A stretch of 64,000 bases of DNA from Chara braunii. Taxonomy: Eukaryota > Plantae > Charophyceae. The notes under the pieces were generated by a model, which had not been told where the DNA came from, made no database searches, and saw only the letters and a program-made list of their open reading frames with translations. Shown one piece after another: positions 35,372 through 49,224 of the stretch. The position numbers were made by a program, and so were the translations under genes. The stretch is taken from assembly GCA_003427395.1 (NCBI GenBank), contig BFEA01000003.1:1969971-2033970 (forward strand). Direction: 5' to 3'. Position 1 is the stretch's first letter, and each line of letters begins with the position of its first letter.

Positions 35372-36022
35372 CATGGTTACTAGGCCGAACGTTTTGGGGG
35401 CCACGGGCTGATCCCCGAACGTTCGGGTGTTCGTGGTCCCGTTCGGGGGTCGAACCTGAAGGGGTTCGGCCCCCGCTAAAAAATATTTCGAGGTCTAAAA
35501 ATAGTTTAATTTTGTTGAATTTGTTTCTTAAAATTCTTTAGAATATGCGCTACACCAACATAAATTTTCAAGGCATTTTGCTTCGCCAAACAAAAATAAA
35601 AAATCATCAAAGATGACGATGTTAAAAATGCTTGGCCACTCATATTTTTTCTTTTTTTTTCACCTTTTACTTTTTGTTATGATTTTATTTTTATGCCTCA
35701 ATTTTTTTTTTTTTTTTGCGTGAGTTTTGTATTATGTGAAGTATACATATGGAAAGTTGCAGAGCATTTGACTATGCCAAAAAATAATGAAAAATCACCA
35801 AAGATTGTGGTATTGAAAACAAGTTTGCGCACTCAATTGTAATTTTTTATTTTTATTTTTTATTATTTTTTTATTAATATATATATATATATATGTTTTT
35901 TGGTAAGGACTTTTGATCCATAGGGATCCCTAAGGGATCCCGTACGTTTGGGCGTTCGAACGCATTCCTAAGGGATCCCGTACGTTCGGGCATTCGATCC
36001 ATGCCGAACGCCGGCCACCCTT
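35372..36022. mobile_element. hAT-like MITE (degenerate YAGGGTTRCC family)
   Basis: 8-bp TSD ATTATAGA; body homologous to 12632-13393. Confidence 0.82.
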
Positions 36023-37299
36023 ATTATAGAGAAAATAAAACTTTATATCATTTTTTATATGAATTTTATTAATTCATCGAAGCTCGATCCATCACACATA
36101 AATCTTATTGGTGGTGTTTGAGTGAATAAACGTGGTGGATCATTGGGTGCCTGTTATGAAGGTCCACCTTCGATTTTCGTGGCTTCGTTATTTTGTTTGT
36201 CGGGTGAAAACAACACATGCGGTGTGACGAAGGGATATGAGTCGGTGGGTAGAGTGAAAATAATCCCCCACGTTTTTTCATACCGCTTTGTAGGCGTATG
36301 GTGTCCTCAAACTTATTGTGTTAAAAATCAAATACATTTTCCCACAATTGTAATGTACTAACCTAATCCTATACAACGTACTTTGTAAGCATAGTTACCT
36401 ATTACTACCAAGGGAATGTGTATTGCCCTCGTCCTACGAAGAGAACGCTAATGGGGGTGTCCGGTCATACAAAGACTGGGCATTTTGCCAATAGGTGTAC
36501 TTCCATCTACTTGCCTCGTAACCACCAAGTAGTAATAACAATTTTTTATAGGCCTTGTTTCACTTCACTTAAATATTCATATTATTTCAAGCGTGTCATA
36601 ATTAAGTAGTTTCGGGCAACTTGGAATGTCCACACCTAAGTGGGGGCGAGAAAACATCCGCACTACGGGGGACCATAAAACATATTGTGACCATGGTGTA
36701 GGAGGCAGAAATGTTGAAATTTACATTTTTGCCCAAAGCTCCATACACGAGGGGTTGTGGCAACGTGGTAATGTTTTTGGCCCAGTCTAGCTTTGTAGTG
36801 CAAAAAAGGAATACAAGTGAAATGAAGCATTAGTCATTTCCTACATATAATCCGCGTAACCTCTTTGAGGAGGCGACGAAAGTCTTTCCATGTGAGATGG
36901 AGGTGATGTTGCCTAAAAGGGGACTGATAATTAGAAAGAAGGGTCTCATCATAAGAAGGTTGACGATGCTGTATAAATATATGCAAATGATTGCATTTGT
37001 GTGATGACGAATGCAACGAAGAGCGTGCAAGAGGGAGGTTATTGTGGCAATTCGTTGAGTTCTGTTGCAGTTAGGGAAACACCGCTTTTGTTAGCGAATC
37101 TTATTGTTGCTTGTAGAGAGTCCTCGTGGGTAGAGGAGGAGGAGGACTTACAACCCTTGAGAGAATTTATGCATAACAGATAATATGAGGGATAAATACT
37201 TTCGTGATAAACTGTGAATCTACAAATGTGTCTTCTACAATATCATTGCAACGTATACACACCTCCAACGACATTTGAACATGGCTAGTAGTCGTTACA

Positions 37300-38070
37300 A
37301 TCAAATTACGTCGTTGCTTGTGCACTTTAAAGTTTGGCATCTCATGAGATGTACGTGAATGACACCCTTTTCTTTGGGATAGGAAGATTGACGGGCATCA
37401 ATGTCACAAGTGATGTTACAAATATCATTCTGTTGGTATACTATAACAAGCCTAAGATTGTCATGCTCACAGGTCGTCATATGCTATAGGTGACACACAC
37501 ATTTACGAATAACGGTGTCCCTAATAACTTTGGAGCCTACAAACACATCTTCGGTAATTACTTTGATTAAAAATAATAGTTTTCCATCATGGTCAAAGTC
37601 ATGTAGACTGAGATAAGCAAAAGCTTGAGATATTCATCGGCTGCCCTAGAAGCGTGCACTGCACTAGAGGGTGAGGACATTTCCAAGGAAGCTGATGAAT
37701 ACATCAACTGTGCAAAAGTTGGCAAACTATTCAAGGGCAATCCTGTCATTATCCCTAGGAGGTGAAGACAATGAGATATATTTTGGAGGATAACGGATAT
37801 TGCCCTATACCATGGTTCGAGTCCCTTACAATTGGATAAAGCAAAGCCAAAATGTCTCCCGTACGATGGGATGAAGCAGAGCCAAGACGACACACTCTTT
37901 GATACAAAATAGAAGGTCGATAAGGGTGTGGTGGACACCGTTGCTACGACACCATAAGTAGAATACGAATAATGTCCTACAACAGTTCGCTGCAGTGTGC
38001 AGCATGCACATTATTCTCATGGATGCGGGGATCGGATCCGACGAGCTTGTTTTGGTAAAACAAGATGTGA
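37300..38070 (+). pseudogene. PIF/Harbinger DDE transposase remnant
   Basis: Ordered degenerate motifs across frames: KIDG (cf. AIDGTH), FIGCPRSVH (cf. GWPGSVHD), ILEDNGYCPIPW (cf. LGDxGYPLxPW), AAVCSMHIIL (cf. ACCxLHN). Confidence 0.62.
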
Positions 38071-40320
38071 ACGAGAATGAGTGCCTCATGGAACTCGGTG
38101 TTTACGAGCTCGTATGTCACAAGCATATGCGCGTAGGACAAGGAAGGGGCACACGGAGAGTAGAGCACATGCCAAATTAGCCATCAAGGAATGATGGATA
38201 GGCGACTTGTGACTGTGGACATGGCAGTAGATACGCGGCTGCTGCAGTATGAGCCTGCCCGGCCCGTGGCTCAAACAGCTACTCAGCCAAGGACGTATGC
38301 GCAGCACCGGGTACCGCCCCCTACCCTCCCGTTGGGACCCGGTACCATGGCCCGGGAGCCGTTTTGAGGTGCCCTCCAGGTGAACCACCCCCTTGGACCA
38401 GAATAGCCGGCGAAAAAGTCCCTTGAGTTTCAGGGGGGCACCCTTGAAACACAAAATGTGAAAACATTTCGGGACGTGATGAGGTGGAAAGATGAGTTTT
38501 CGTTCAACCCTTGAGTTCGAGTGCTTTGGAAAGGCCCTATGCCCAGCACTCTACGATACGCCACACACAACCCACACACAGCCGACGCGGAGGTGGGCGA
38601 GGAGGGCTGGGCTTGCGGGAGCGGGCTGGGGGGGTTTGGTCTACAGCTGGACCTGGGTCTGTAGCTGGGGCTGGGACGAGGCCTCCAGCGGGGTGCGGCA
38701 CATGCAGCACGGGAGGTCAGAGCCTCCTTTTTCTCATTTTCCTGCGGCGCGCCAGCTCACGGGGAGGAGGGAAGCTGCGGAGGCACAGGGATGCTACCGG
38801 TAGGAGTTGGAGCTGGGTACCTCCACGGTAGAAATCTTGATATGCCGTTTCGCCCATTTTCGCGCTCCTTTGACACACACACTGCAAAGCCAGCATAGTC
38901 GCGCCGCCATCTTCACTTTTCGTGCCAAGGAAGGGTACACTGGGTGAGAGGGGGCGACACTACGAGAGTGTCAATCCCCCTCCACCGTAGGCTGTTTTTC
39001 CCTTCTGCATCTCGCTCTATGGTTGGAGTCTTTCGCCTCGAGGAAGAAGCCATCGAAGAAGAATTAGCTTTCGAGGAAGACGTAGCACTCGTTAAAGCAA
39101 CGCTCGACGGATTGCATCTCGCTCTGTTGTAGTTGGAGTCTGTCGGCCATCCATTCTTGTATCCATCGCGTGCTCATCTCGTAATACACTCAACCCTTCG
39201 CCCTCCTGTATCGTTATGCACTCCTGGGATATTCGGTTTTTTTTTTTTTTTTTTTTTTCGCGTTTTGAGACGTCCGCCTTCGTCCTTGCATGCTCTCCTT
39301 CTCTTCTCCGCGCTGTTCATTATTGTGCAGCCATCGCATCTTTCGGGCGCTTTTTCCCGTCGGCGCTCTCTTCTCTCAACGGCTTATACTCTCTTGCGGT
39401 CTTCCCCCGCGTGTTGGTTTTACTTGCCTTTTGTATTCCCGCCAATGCACCTTTAACTGGCCTGGTTTTCAGTTTGTGCTCTTCTTTGGACGTGTATGTT
39501 GAATCTAAAGACCGAAATCAGATCATCTTTCTTTACTCAAAATGCAATGCTGNNNNNNNNNNNNNNNNNNNNTCAAAATGCAATGCTGAGGCCCTGCCTT
39601 TTGGTTAAATGGACTCCGCGCGACGTAACGGGAGATTCAGAAGTTACGTCTGTCGTTATCGTTGCTATGAGAGGAGATGGCAGATGCTGATAGATGAGTC
39701 GTTTCTATCAGTGTTTGATTTCTTTTCTACTTTTCACTCGGGTTTCTCGTCTTTGGCGGGCAGCAGGTTTTTCAGTACGATGTTAAAATGCACATCATTA
39801 CAGATTTATTAATTACAGATTTATCATTTTTCGCCGTCCAAATGATCACACGATGGCTTGACTGTTGTCTGTGTTCGGGGTCTCATTACTTCTGTGTTTG
39901 TTAAAACTACGGGCTCTTTCAATTAGCAGTGAACTATCCACTTACTACCGTCTTTTTCCCCCAATACAACAAGAACGTATGTTTTTTTCTGCCTCAATAT
40001 GGCACGACTTTCAGTCTAGATGCATCGAAAATGACAGTACGTTCGTTTCGGGTGAAGACGGTATCATCTCGGTATCCTGCCATTGTTATATCTCTCGGTT
40101 TCCATGTTCTTGATGCTTGATGCTGATGGTGCCACTGTGTCCACAAATCGTATCTTAGTGTTACTATTGGGCTTGGAGTGTGGCAGAAAGTATCCGTTGA
40201 TCTCATTTAGGTTTTGTAGGATCAGACTTGCGGAGAAGGGTCTTGTCTGAAGCAAGCGTTGTGTTTGTCTTCTATGCGTGACTGACACTTGAATGGTGAT
40301 TGTATCTGTTTGCAGCAATC

Positions 40321-43300
40321 ATGGCGGCGATTCCGGCTGACACCGCACAGTTCGATGCCCGGAACTACGATCAGAAGATGGAGTCCGTGTAAGTTCCTCG
40401 TTTCATTTCATGTTGTATGCGTGTTGGAGAGATGGGGTTGGCATTGAGGGCTAGCTATTTTTATTTTCCTCCCGCGTTAAGTGGAAGATTGTCGTTCTGG
40501 AGTAGACAGTAGATCAGTGAGCAACTGTAATCGCCATCATCTTGGTCTGAGGGGCGATTACGTATGGCACTCACGCTTTCTTTTCCTTTCTTTTCTTTGA
40601 GCCTGAATCGGACTAAAGATAGAGTGCGTTGACGTCCGAGAAGAAAGCTTATACCATGCCTTGTGTTGGTATGCGGTGTCACCCTCTCCACTGAAATGGG
40701 GTCTTTGTCTCGCAGAACACCTCCCTCAATTTCACCTCATTCCGGGGCGATTACGTATGGCACTCACGCTTTCTTTTCTTTTCTTTTCTTTGAGTCTGAA
40801 TCGGACTAAGATAGGGTGCGTTTCCGTCCGAGAAGAAGCTTATACCATGCCTTGTGTTGGTATGCCGTGTTACCCTCTCGTCTGAAATGGGGTCTGTCTC
40901 GCAGAACGACACCTCCTTCAATTTCACCTCATTCCGTTTGGTCTGCCTCTCAGAACTAGACCACCTTACAATTTCACCTTGTTCCGTTTGGTGTCGAGTG
41001 TTATGGACCGACTCTCTGCGGTTTCGCACACAGAGCCTAGTAGCTTCAGCGTGTTGTATCCTTTGGTTTTCGTCGAGTACAGGGACTCTTTCTTAGCAAG
41101 ATTGCCGGCCGTATGTGGCAGTCATTGTGATCTGTTCTCTGTGGAACACTCAATAAGCGTGGTGATGAGGCGGTTCAATTGTCAGTGATGTCTATTTAAC
41201 AGAGGTCAATTTCTGCTATTGTGTGTTGCTCTCCGTGAGTACCTTTCTCTACGGCGATGAAGTATACTCGGGGAATGCATGGGTACAATACGGCGATACT
41301 CCCTTCGTTTTCGGTTTCGTACGCTTCGTTTTCTTGTCGGTTTAGCGCGAGTATTGTTTTTTAAAACAAGCTGTCATCTTTCTGCCCGATCGCGCTCCTG
41401 TTGCGGTATGTATGCTTTTTTTGTGATGACGGTTTTTGTCTATTTGCTGGCGAGGTGTGAACGTCACATGAGCACTAGGGGGCATAGGGATTGCGTCTTG
41501 TCTATGATGCGCTTCGTTGCGGACTCTCGCCACCATCTTCATCCGAATAGAACGCCCGGTCATTATAACTGTATTTGGCACAACTTCCAGCCCAGATAAG
41601 GCGATAATTACCGGGCGTTCTTTTGGGGTGAAGACTAGTTAGTCCTTAAACAAATCCGGGACGACAGACTTAAGTAATGGTATGATTTATTAAGTATGGT
41701 ATTGTTACGCCGGTGATTGGCTCTATTCTGTACTCGAAGAACTGTTCCTTCAAAGCGTGAAAGAAGAGGGCGAGGCATCGCTCCGTTGCGGGCACATTTT
41801 CCAACGTCCTTGCTTTCGTTTTTCTGCATTTTCGATTCAAATCATTGCCGTTGTGCCTGGTCGGCGAATACCCTATGCTTTTTTTTTTTGTTTTTTTTTT
41901 GAATACCCTATGTATGAAATCTAGGGAGAATGTGTAGTCTGTTTTGCAGCTGGTGTGCATTTCTTGGGCTCAGAAAATGGCTTGTGCTTGTGCCCTGTCT
42001 CAACGCGGTGTATGAGCAGGCCAGCCGCTTGCTTACGGCTGCGTGATTTGTAGTCCAGCAGCTATTTGTCAGTCCATTCTCGATCGCGGATGCGGATGGA
42101 CTGCATTTGATTCTTGAGTTGGTTTGTACCGAACATTGTGGGAAGGTGGGGCTGCGTCTGAGTTAATGTTGTGTTTGTACGGAACATTGTGGTACGGTGG
42201 ATTGTGGAAATGGGGCTTTCTTCACGGCGTACGGCGTAGGTTTCGTGGATGTATGGGTTGTGTGACCGCAGGGCGTAGATGTCGTGGATGGCCGGGTAGT
42301 GTCGCTATACATGCAGGTCGTGCTATTCTCAGCCGCGTCGTCTTACCTGGGCAGAAACGCCCTTCGTTTTACGCAATCTGGTCGGCCGCGCGGCGACGAA
42401 GTGGAAGCCTTTGTCGAGGCATAGACTTTGTGCTTGAGTTTATAGTTTTTGACTATTTTCTTGAGAGAACGAGTCGTGTCTGTGGGTCTTCATATCGTGG
42501 CAGGCTGCAGGAAATGTGTCGTCTCATTTGTCTTTGTGTGCTTGCAGGCTGAAGGAGGATGGAGATGACTTCATCTCTACATGGGAGGAGGTGCACGAAT
42601 CCTTCGACGCTATGGGGCTCAGGGAGAACCTGCTGAGAGGCATTTATGCGTACGGTAAGCTCAAGAAAACCTCAACTTCTGGAACTAACTGGATCTGAGC
42701 CTCCGCGGCTTTATTCCGACTTCTTGAGCCTTCATTCGACTAGGAGACGAGTACTTGAAAACTGTTGTGTACTTCCGCGATGAGTTTTCGTTGTCATACA
42801 AGCAGCAGATCGAAATGAAAGCGGGAGTAGATGATGGATGGATGATACGTGAACTGCTACTGAATCCGAAAATTTCAGTTGCGCGCGTGGACGTAAGACC
42901 ACAATGGCTGGCGGCGCAAGACGAAAGAAAACTGCTCCGCTGGCATGTATTTGAGCAAAGCTTGGCTCGCAGTGCGGAGTCTCCATGCCCGGCGGGTGTA
43001 CTGTTATTCGTATAACGATGATGTGGATTTGATAACAAGATTGTGTATGCCTGTGAGTTGGGAACTCGAAAATGGTATAATAGTCTTTGTGCAAACATAC
43101 ACATGCCCGGCCTGCAAGAATGTGCATGCCTTGGGAATCCGAAATTTGTTCAAGTCTTCTTGCAAACATACATGCCCGGCCTGCAAGATTGTGCATGGCT
43201 TTTAATTTGGGCATGCAAGATTGTGCATGGTTTTTAACATTGTGCATGGCTTTTGACTTGGGCATGCAAGATTGTGCATGGCTTTTGACGTGGGAATCCG

Positions 43301-46300
43301 AAATTTGTTTAACAGTCTGTGCAAACATGCATGCATGCATGCATGCCCGGCCTGGTCGTATATGCTTTAATACGGAAACTGCAGTGCCTGTGGCACTCAC
43401 TGTTTGTTGTACGAGGCGACCGACTGCACTCGAATCTGCACGGTCATTATAGCTGTATAGAGGGCAACTTTCAGTCCATATACAGCCAGTGATAATGGAC
43501 GGATGGCAATTGGGGTGAAGACGGTAGGTTGTGCACATCTCGTGCGAGCGTGATAACTACGTGGCCTGTGTCACTTGTGGTATGAGGACACGCTGTCGTG
43601 AAAGTACGGCTGTAGTGACGTGTTGCGCATTTGTAATCGTGAGTGTGATTGATGGCATGGTCTGTGTAACATGTGGAGGGAATGTTAACGCCATGGTCTG
43701 TACCACTGGTGGGTATGAAGACACGTAATTTGTGTGCAGGGAGCTCTGCTAGAGTATGGCTGTAGTGACGTGTTGCGCATTTTTGTAATCGTGAGTGTGA
43801 TTGATTGATGGCATGGTCCGTGTGACATGTGGAGGGAAAGATAACGCCATGGTCTGTGCCACTGGTGGTTATGAAGAGACGTAATTTGTGTGGAGGGAGC
43901 TCTGCTAGAGAGGACGGCTGTAATGACGGGTCGTCCCTTGCGGTTCTCTTTTGGCCACAGGTTGCATTGCCTGTGTCACTTGTGGGTATGAAGACACGCA
44001 ATTTGTGTGGAGGGAGCTCTGCCTCTGCTTGAGAGATCGGCTGTAATGACGGGTCGTACGTTCCGGTTCTCTTTTGGCAACAGGTTTCGAAAAACCGTCG
44101 ACCATTCAGCAGAGGGGCATCGTGCCGTTCTGCAAAGGACTGGATGTCATTCAGCAGGCACAGTCCGGTACGGGGAAGACGGCGACTTTCTGTTCTGGAG
44201 TTCTGCAGCAGCTGGACTACGAGACGTTGGCATGCCAAGCACTCGTACTTGCGCCTACGCGAGAGTTGGCGCAGCAGATAGAGAAGGTCATGAGGGCACT
44301 GGGAGACTACCTCCAGGTGAAGGTACACGCTTGTGTCGGAGGCACGAGCGTCAGGGAGGACCAGAGGATCCTGCAGAGTGGTGTACATGTTGTCGTTGGA
44401 ACACCAGGACGTGTGTACGACATGCTTCGCCGAGGAGCGTTGAAGCCCGACTACATTAAAATCTTCGTTCTCGACGAGGCCGATGAAATGCTCTCCCGAG
44501 GATTCAAGGACCAGGTACGGCTTTCTGCATCCCTCCTGTCTCTCTGAATTTACCCGCGCTCTTTGTTTGTTTGCCGTTTCGTGTAGGCGTATCTTCTTTT
44601 AGATATCGCGTCTTTTTCTTTTTTGCTAGTCTTATCTATCGACCAGCTCTTACACGAATCGAAGTGCTCTTACGTTGATATCGGGTCTTTTGTTTTTTTT
44701 TAGTAAGTCTTATCTATCGACCAGTTCTTACACGAATCGAAGTGCTCTTACGTCAAGATAGGGAGAAAAAAAGAAAAAAAAAGAAAAAAAATAAAAGAAA
44801 GAAAAAAAGAAAAGAAAAGAAAAAAGATAGGGAGAACAAAAAAAAAAAGATAGGGAGAAAAAAGAACTTCGTGGCGTTAATTTGTGTTTGATTCTCGTGG
44901 CGTTAATTTGTGGCGTTTATTCGGGCGAAGCCGGTCGTACGGTCTAACATTCTCGTGGCGTTAATTTGTGTTTGATCGTAGACTCGGGACTTTTATTTAT
45001 CTTGATTAACACAAAGACGGTTGACCCTTGGGTATGGATACGTTTCTCAACCGAATAGAACGTGCGGTAATTATAGCCGTTTTGGTGGTGATTTCTGATT
45101 TCCGTTTCGATACTGTGGTGATAATGACCGTGCATTATGGTCGGGCGAAGCCGGTCGTAATGTAGAACATTCTCGTGGCGTTAATTTGTGTTTCATCCTC
45201 TTCTTGGACATTTTTAGGGCCGTTTTTGGGGCCGATTTACGTTTCGATAGTGTGGTAATGACCGTGCGTTTTATTCGGGCGAAGCCGGTCGTACGGTCTA
45301 ACATTCTCGTGGCGTTAATTTGTGTTTGATCTTAGACTCGGACTTTTATTTATCTTGATTAACACATGGACGGTTCTTCCGGTACGTGGCGTTTATTTGT
45401 GCTCGATCTCGTCTCTGACAGTTGGTTATCTTTGATGATTTTGAGGTTCTTGCGGTGTGTGGAATTGTGAACAGCAGGTAATTAGTAAGTACTAGAGAGC
45501 TGATCCGACGTTTGGTTCTGCTTTCTTTTTTTCCTCAACAGGGTTGAGGAGTGTATGTGAGGAAGGACATTTAAGGAAGGACTTTAAGTATATAAGGAAG
45601 GACATGTAAGGGAGGACATGTAAGGAAGGACAATTAAGGAGTGTATTAAGGAAGGAGAGCAGGTAATACTAGAGAGCTGATGCGAAGTTTGTTTCCGCTT
45701 TACTTTTTACTCCAACAGGGTTGAGGAGTGTATATAAGGACATGTAAGGAAGGACTTACGTATATAAGGACAGGAAGGACTTTAAATATATAAGGATATG
45801 TAAGGAAGGACTTTTAAGTATGTAAGGACTGTAAGGAAGGACTTTTAGTAGACATGTAAGGAAGGACATCAAATTTGAAAGTAGATTAGGTCTTTAAGAG
45901 CTGATGGGACGTTAATTTGTGTTGTGTTTGTCCGAGCTTGTGTGTGCAGATTTACGATATCTTCCAGCTGCTACCGGGCAAGCTCCAAGTCGGTGTGTTC
46001 TCGGCTACCATGCCTCCTGAGGCTCTGGAGATCACGAGAAAGTTCATGAACAAGCCGGTGAAGATTCTGGTCAAGAGAGACGAACTGACCCTCGAGGGTA
46101 TCAAGCAGTTTTACGTGAACGTGGACAAGGAAGACTGGAAGCTTGACACTCTGTGCGATCTCTACGAAACCCTGGCCATCACGCAGAGTGTCATCTTCAT
46201 CAACACGAGAAGGAAGGTCGACTGGTTGACGGACAAGATGCGCTCTCGTGATTTCACGGTCTCTGCTACCCACGGAGATATGGACCAGAACACTCGTGAT

Positions 46301-46585
46301 GTCATCATGAGGGAATTCAGGTCCGGTTCCTCTCGCGTCTTGATTACCACCGATCTCCTTGCGCGCGGCATCGACGTGCAGCAGGTCTCCCTCGTCATAA
46401 ACTATGACCTGCCCACTCAACCCGAGAACTACTTGCATCGTATTGGAAGGAGCGGGCGATTTGGGAGAAAGGGTGTGGCCATCAACTTCGTCACGCAGGA
46501 CGATACCCGCTTGTTGCAAGACATTCAGAAATTCTATAACACGCAGATCGAGGAGCTTCCGAGCAACGTTGCAGATTTGTTGTAG
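40321..46585 (+). CDS. EIF4A: Eukaryotic initiation factor 4A (DEAD-box RNA helicase), 413 aa; join(40321..40388,42548..42654,44084..44514,45950..46585)
   Basis: All introns are GT-AG with consistent phases (68+107+431+636=1242 nt). Motifs [10 protein letters not shown] (Q), [34 protein letters not shown]; plant-like N-terminus [20 protein letters not shown]. An acceptor TTTGCAG 5 nt before the ATG implies a 5'-UTR intron (possible donor ~38944). Confidence 0.97.
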
Positions 46586-49224
46586 ATAATAAACCGAGCA
46601 GAGGTGGTGGGTGGTGGCATCATCCGTATGTGGTTGATCTTGTGTGGTGTTTTTGCTTTTTGCTGTCCGCAAGCGAGCGGGCTAGGGAGAGGTAAGAAGA
46701 GGAATATAGACTGTAGACGGTACTGGTTCTGGTCCCGGTGGTGGGAAGCGGAGGTGGTTGGATGTGTCCTCTCCGAAGTCTCTGCTGCAATGGCATGCTC
46801 GATGTGGTATTATGATCTTTGTTGGCGGCGGAGTATGGTAAATTGACTAGACTAAGTTATAGAGGACATTGTGTATTGAAAAGAGGGTGATGATGCCTCA
46901 GAACGGCAGACAGGAGAGCGAGAGAGAGAGAGAGAGGGAGAGGGAGGAGCAGGTGGTGCTCTTGAGTGTTTGGGCCAGCTGCTGGTTACTGTGCAATTCT
47001 CCAGTGAGTTTCCCTTTTGGAAGGGAAGACTCTGAAACGGTGTCCATTCTATTTCGCGGTGTCCGAGGAGGTGGTTCGGCGGTGGGTAGACGGTGCTGTT
47101 GTGCTCGCCGCACCTGCGTGATAGAGGAGTTTTGTCCGTGTTTTTTTGAGCTTCTGTGGTATACGATGACTTTTTTCGCTTTCCTTTTTGTCGTTTGTTG
47201 TTTTTCCTTTTCGACTCTTGACATCTGGCAAGAGTCTTCGGAATTGAAATACGTGGCGCTGCCTGGAAGCGTTGCGCGACTCCTTTTAGATAGTACATGT
47301 TTCTTTTTTCTCGATTTTCAATGTGAATGCTATGGAATATGTTATGGGAAGTCATCGTGCGTCTTGAGTTGGATGCTATGGAAGATGTTATGGAAGTCAT
47401 CGTGCGTCTCGAGTTGGCCTTTTCTGGACCTCGTGGGTGGTTGGGGGTGGGTGTCCCTCGCTGCCGGTTGGCTCAGGTTCACAGAACTCTTCTTTGTCTG
47501 TGCGGTTGTTTTTGACATGCGTTGGTGTTGAAAGACTAACGTAAGAACATAAAATATTAGGATGCGTTAAATTATACACTTATCTTCTTAACACCAACGC
47601 TTCTTTTTCGCGAAAGCTGTGCAAAATTCGATGTGTCTTAAAATTTAGGATTTATATACCTGGATGATCTTTGTATCTTGATTTCGGCGACATTATTTTT
47701 CGGAATGAAACCGGTGACGTTTAGGTTACTCAACTCGGGGAAAGAAAAGAGAATGGACTGACCCAATTAATAAAATTCTGTTGACGTCACACATGATGCA
47801 TATTTGGATTGGATAAAGGTCGTTATGACGCGGCAGGAGTGACGTTCAAACGGTAGCTGTGAGCCAGTGGAAAAGATGTTTCGAAGATATGGGTTGACGT
47901 CAATGAAAATGAAGACTGTTCGTGGTCGATCTGGGTGGATTGTTTGCCTTTGCGATCTTCAACCCAGGCCCGTTCCACGCCCCCATTCATCCCTTTCGAC
48001 AAGAGAAACGAGTAGTCTGTAGTGGGGCGAAAACCTTTCTCATCCCCCTGCTCCCTCGTCGCAGATATACCTCTCGGAAAAAGTAACGAGTACTCTGTAG
48101 TGGGTAATGGAGTCCTTGCTTTCTCCCCGAGTCCTTGCTTTCTCCCCCCCCCCCCAAAAAAAAAATAAATAAAAGGTGTCGTGTGGTCTTGTTTGTTTCC
48201 TTTGTCGATGCCTCTCTCTTCACCCTCGGCCCGTTCGTTGTCCCTCCGTCCCTCCCCAGAAAAGAAACGAGTAGTCCGTACTTGGGTCAATGTCCGAGTG
48301 GAGTCTTCTTATGTCGCATGACAAGAAAAAGAAATGACTGATCTTTACATGGGTGGATTATATTCCGGTGTTCCTCTGCTGCATAACGTGTCTTGTCCCT
48401 CCTATCATTAGGATTCCTATTTCTGGATTCATACGTCTGATTCGTATTTCTGGATTCGTATTTCTGGATTGGTATTTCTGGAACGGAAGATAACGGGCTA
48501 TCCATTTTTCTGAACGCAGTCTTTTGGACGTTCGTCTCGTCGTGAACTGGCGTGTGACGAGTAAGTAACGGGGAATGAAATCCACGATCTGCATGTGTTG
48601 TGTTGTTGTGTTGTTGCCTATATTCGAAATGGTATAATTTACGTCTTGGCTCGGATACCTATTTTCGTGCTGTGTTGACGTATCGGAAGAACCAATTCCG
48701 GCAGTGCTGGGTACGTCTCTCTGGGAAACTGTCACGACGTTTACATTTCGGAGGGACTTTTCTGGTGATTCACATCCCTTCTTTGTCTCGCGTGATGGGC
48801 CCACGCGAGACACCGCAGCTGGTGGGAGGGTCCCGGATGTGAGAGACCCGCCCACGCGAGAGTGCCGGATGGGTTTCGCGCCNNNNNNNNNNNNNNNNNN
48901 NNNNNNNNNNNNNNNNNNNNNNNNNNNNNNNNNNNNNNNNNNNNNNNNNNNNNNNNNNNNNNNNNNNNNNNNGCCCGTTGGCCGGGTCCTCATTGCCAAG
49001 CGGGGGCGCGGCGGGTGGCCGTATTTGCGCCGGCGGGGTCCTCTTTGCCAGGTGTGGCTGGGCGGAGCGAGGTGTCAGTCGGGGCGGGGCGGTTGGGTAT
49101 ACCAACGGAGTGAGAGAGAGAGGGAGAGAGAGAGAGAGAGCCGGTCGGGAGGCATTGGGAGGTGCGGCGGGGCGGTCGGGTGGAGCGAGGGGGGAGAGGG
49201 CCGATAGTGTGGCTGGCCGCAGTG

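Noticed and set aside
41162-41204. C/D snoRNA in an eIF4A intron (GTGATGA)
   Set aside because: No canonical CTGA D box or terminal stem at a suitable distance.
43471-46672. Long minus-strand ORFs (305 aa, 233 aa)
   Set aside because: Antisense shadows of eIF4A exons and intronic repeats.
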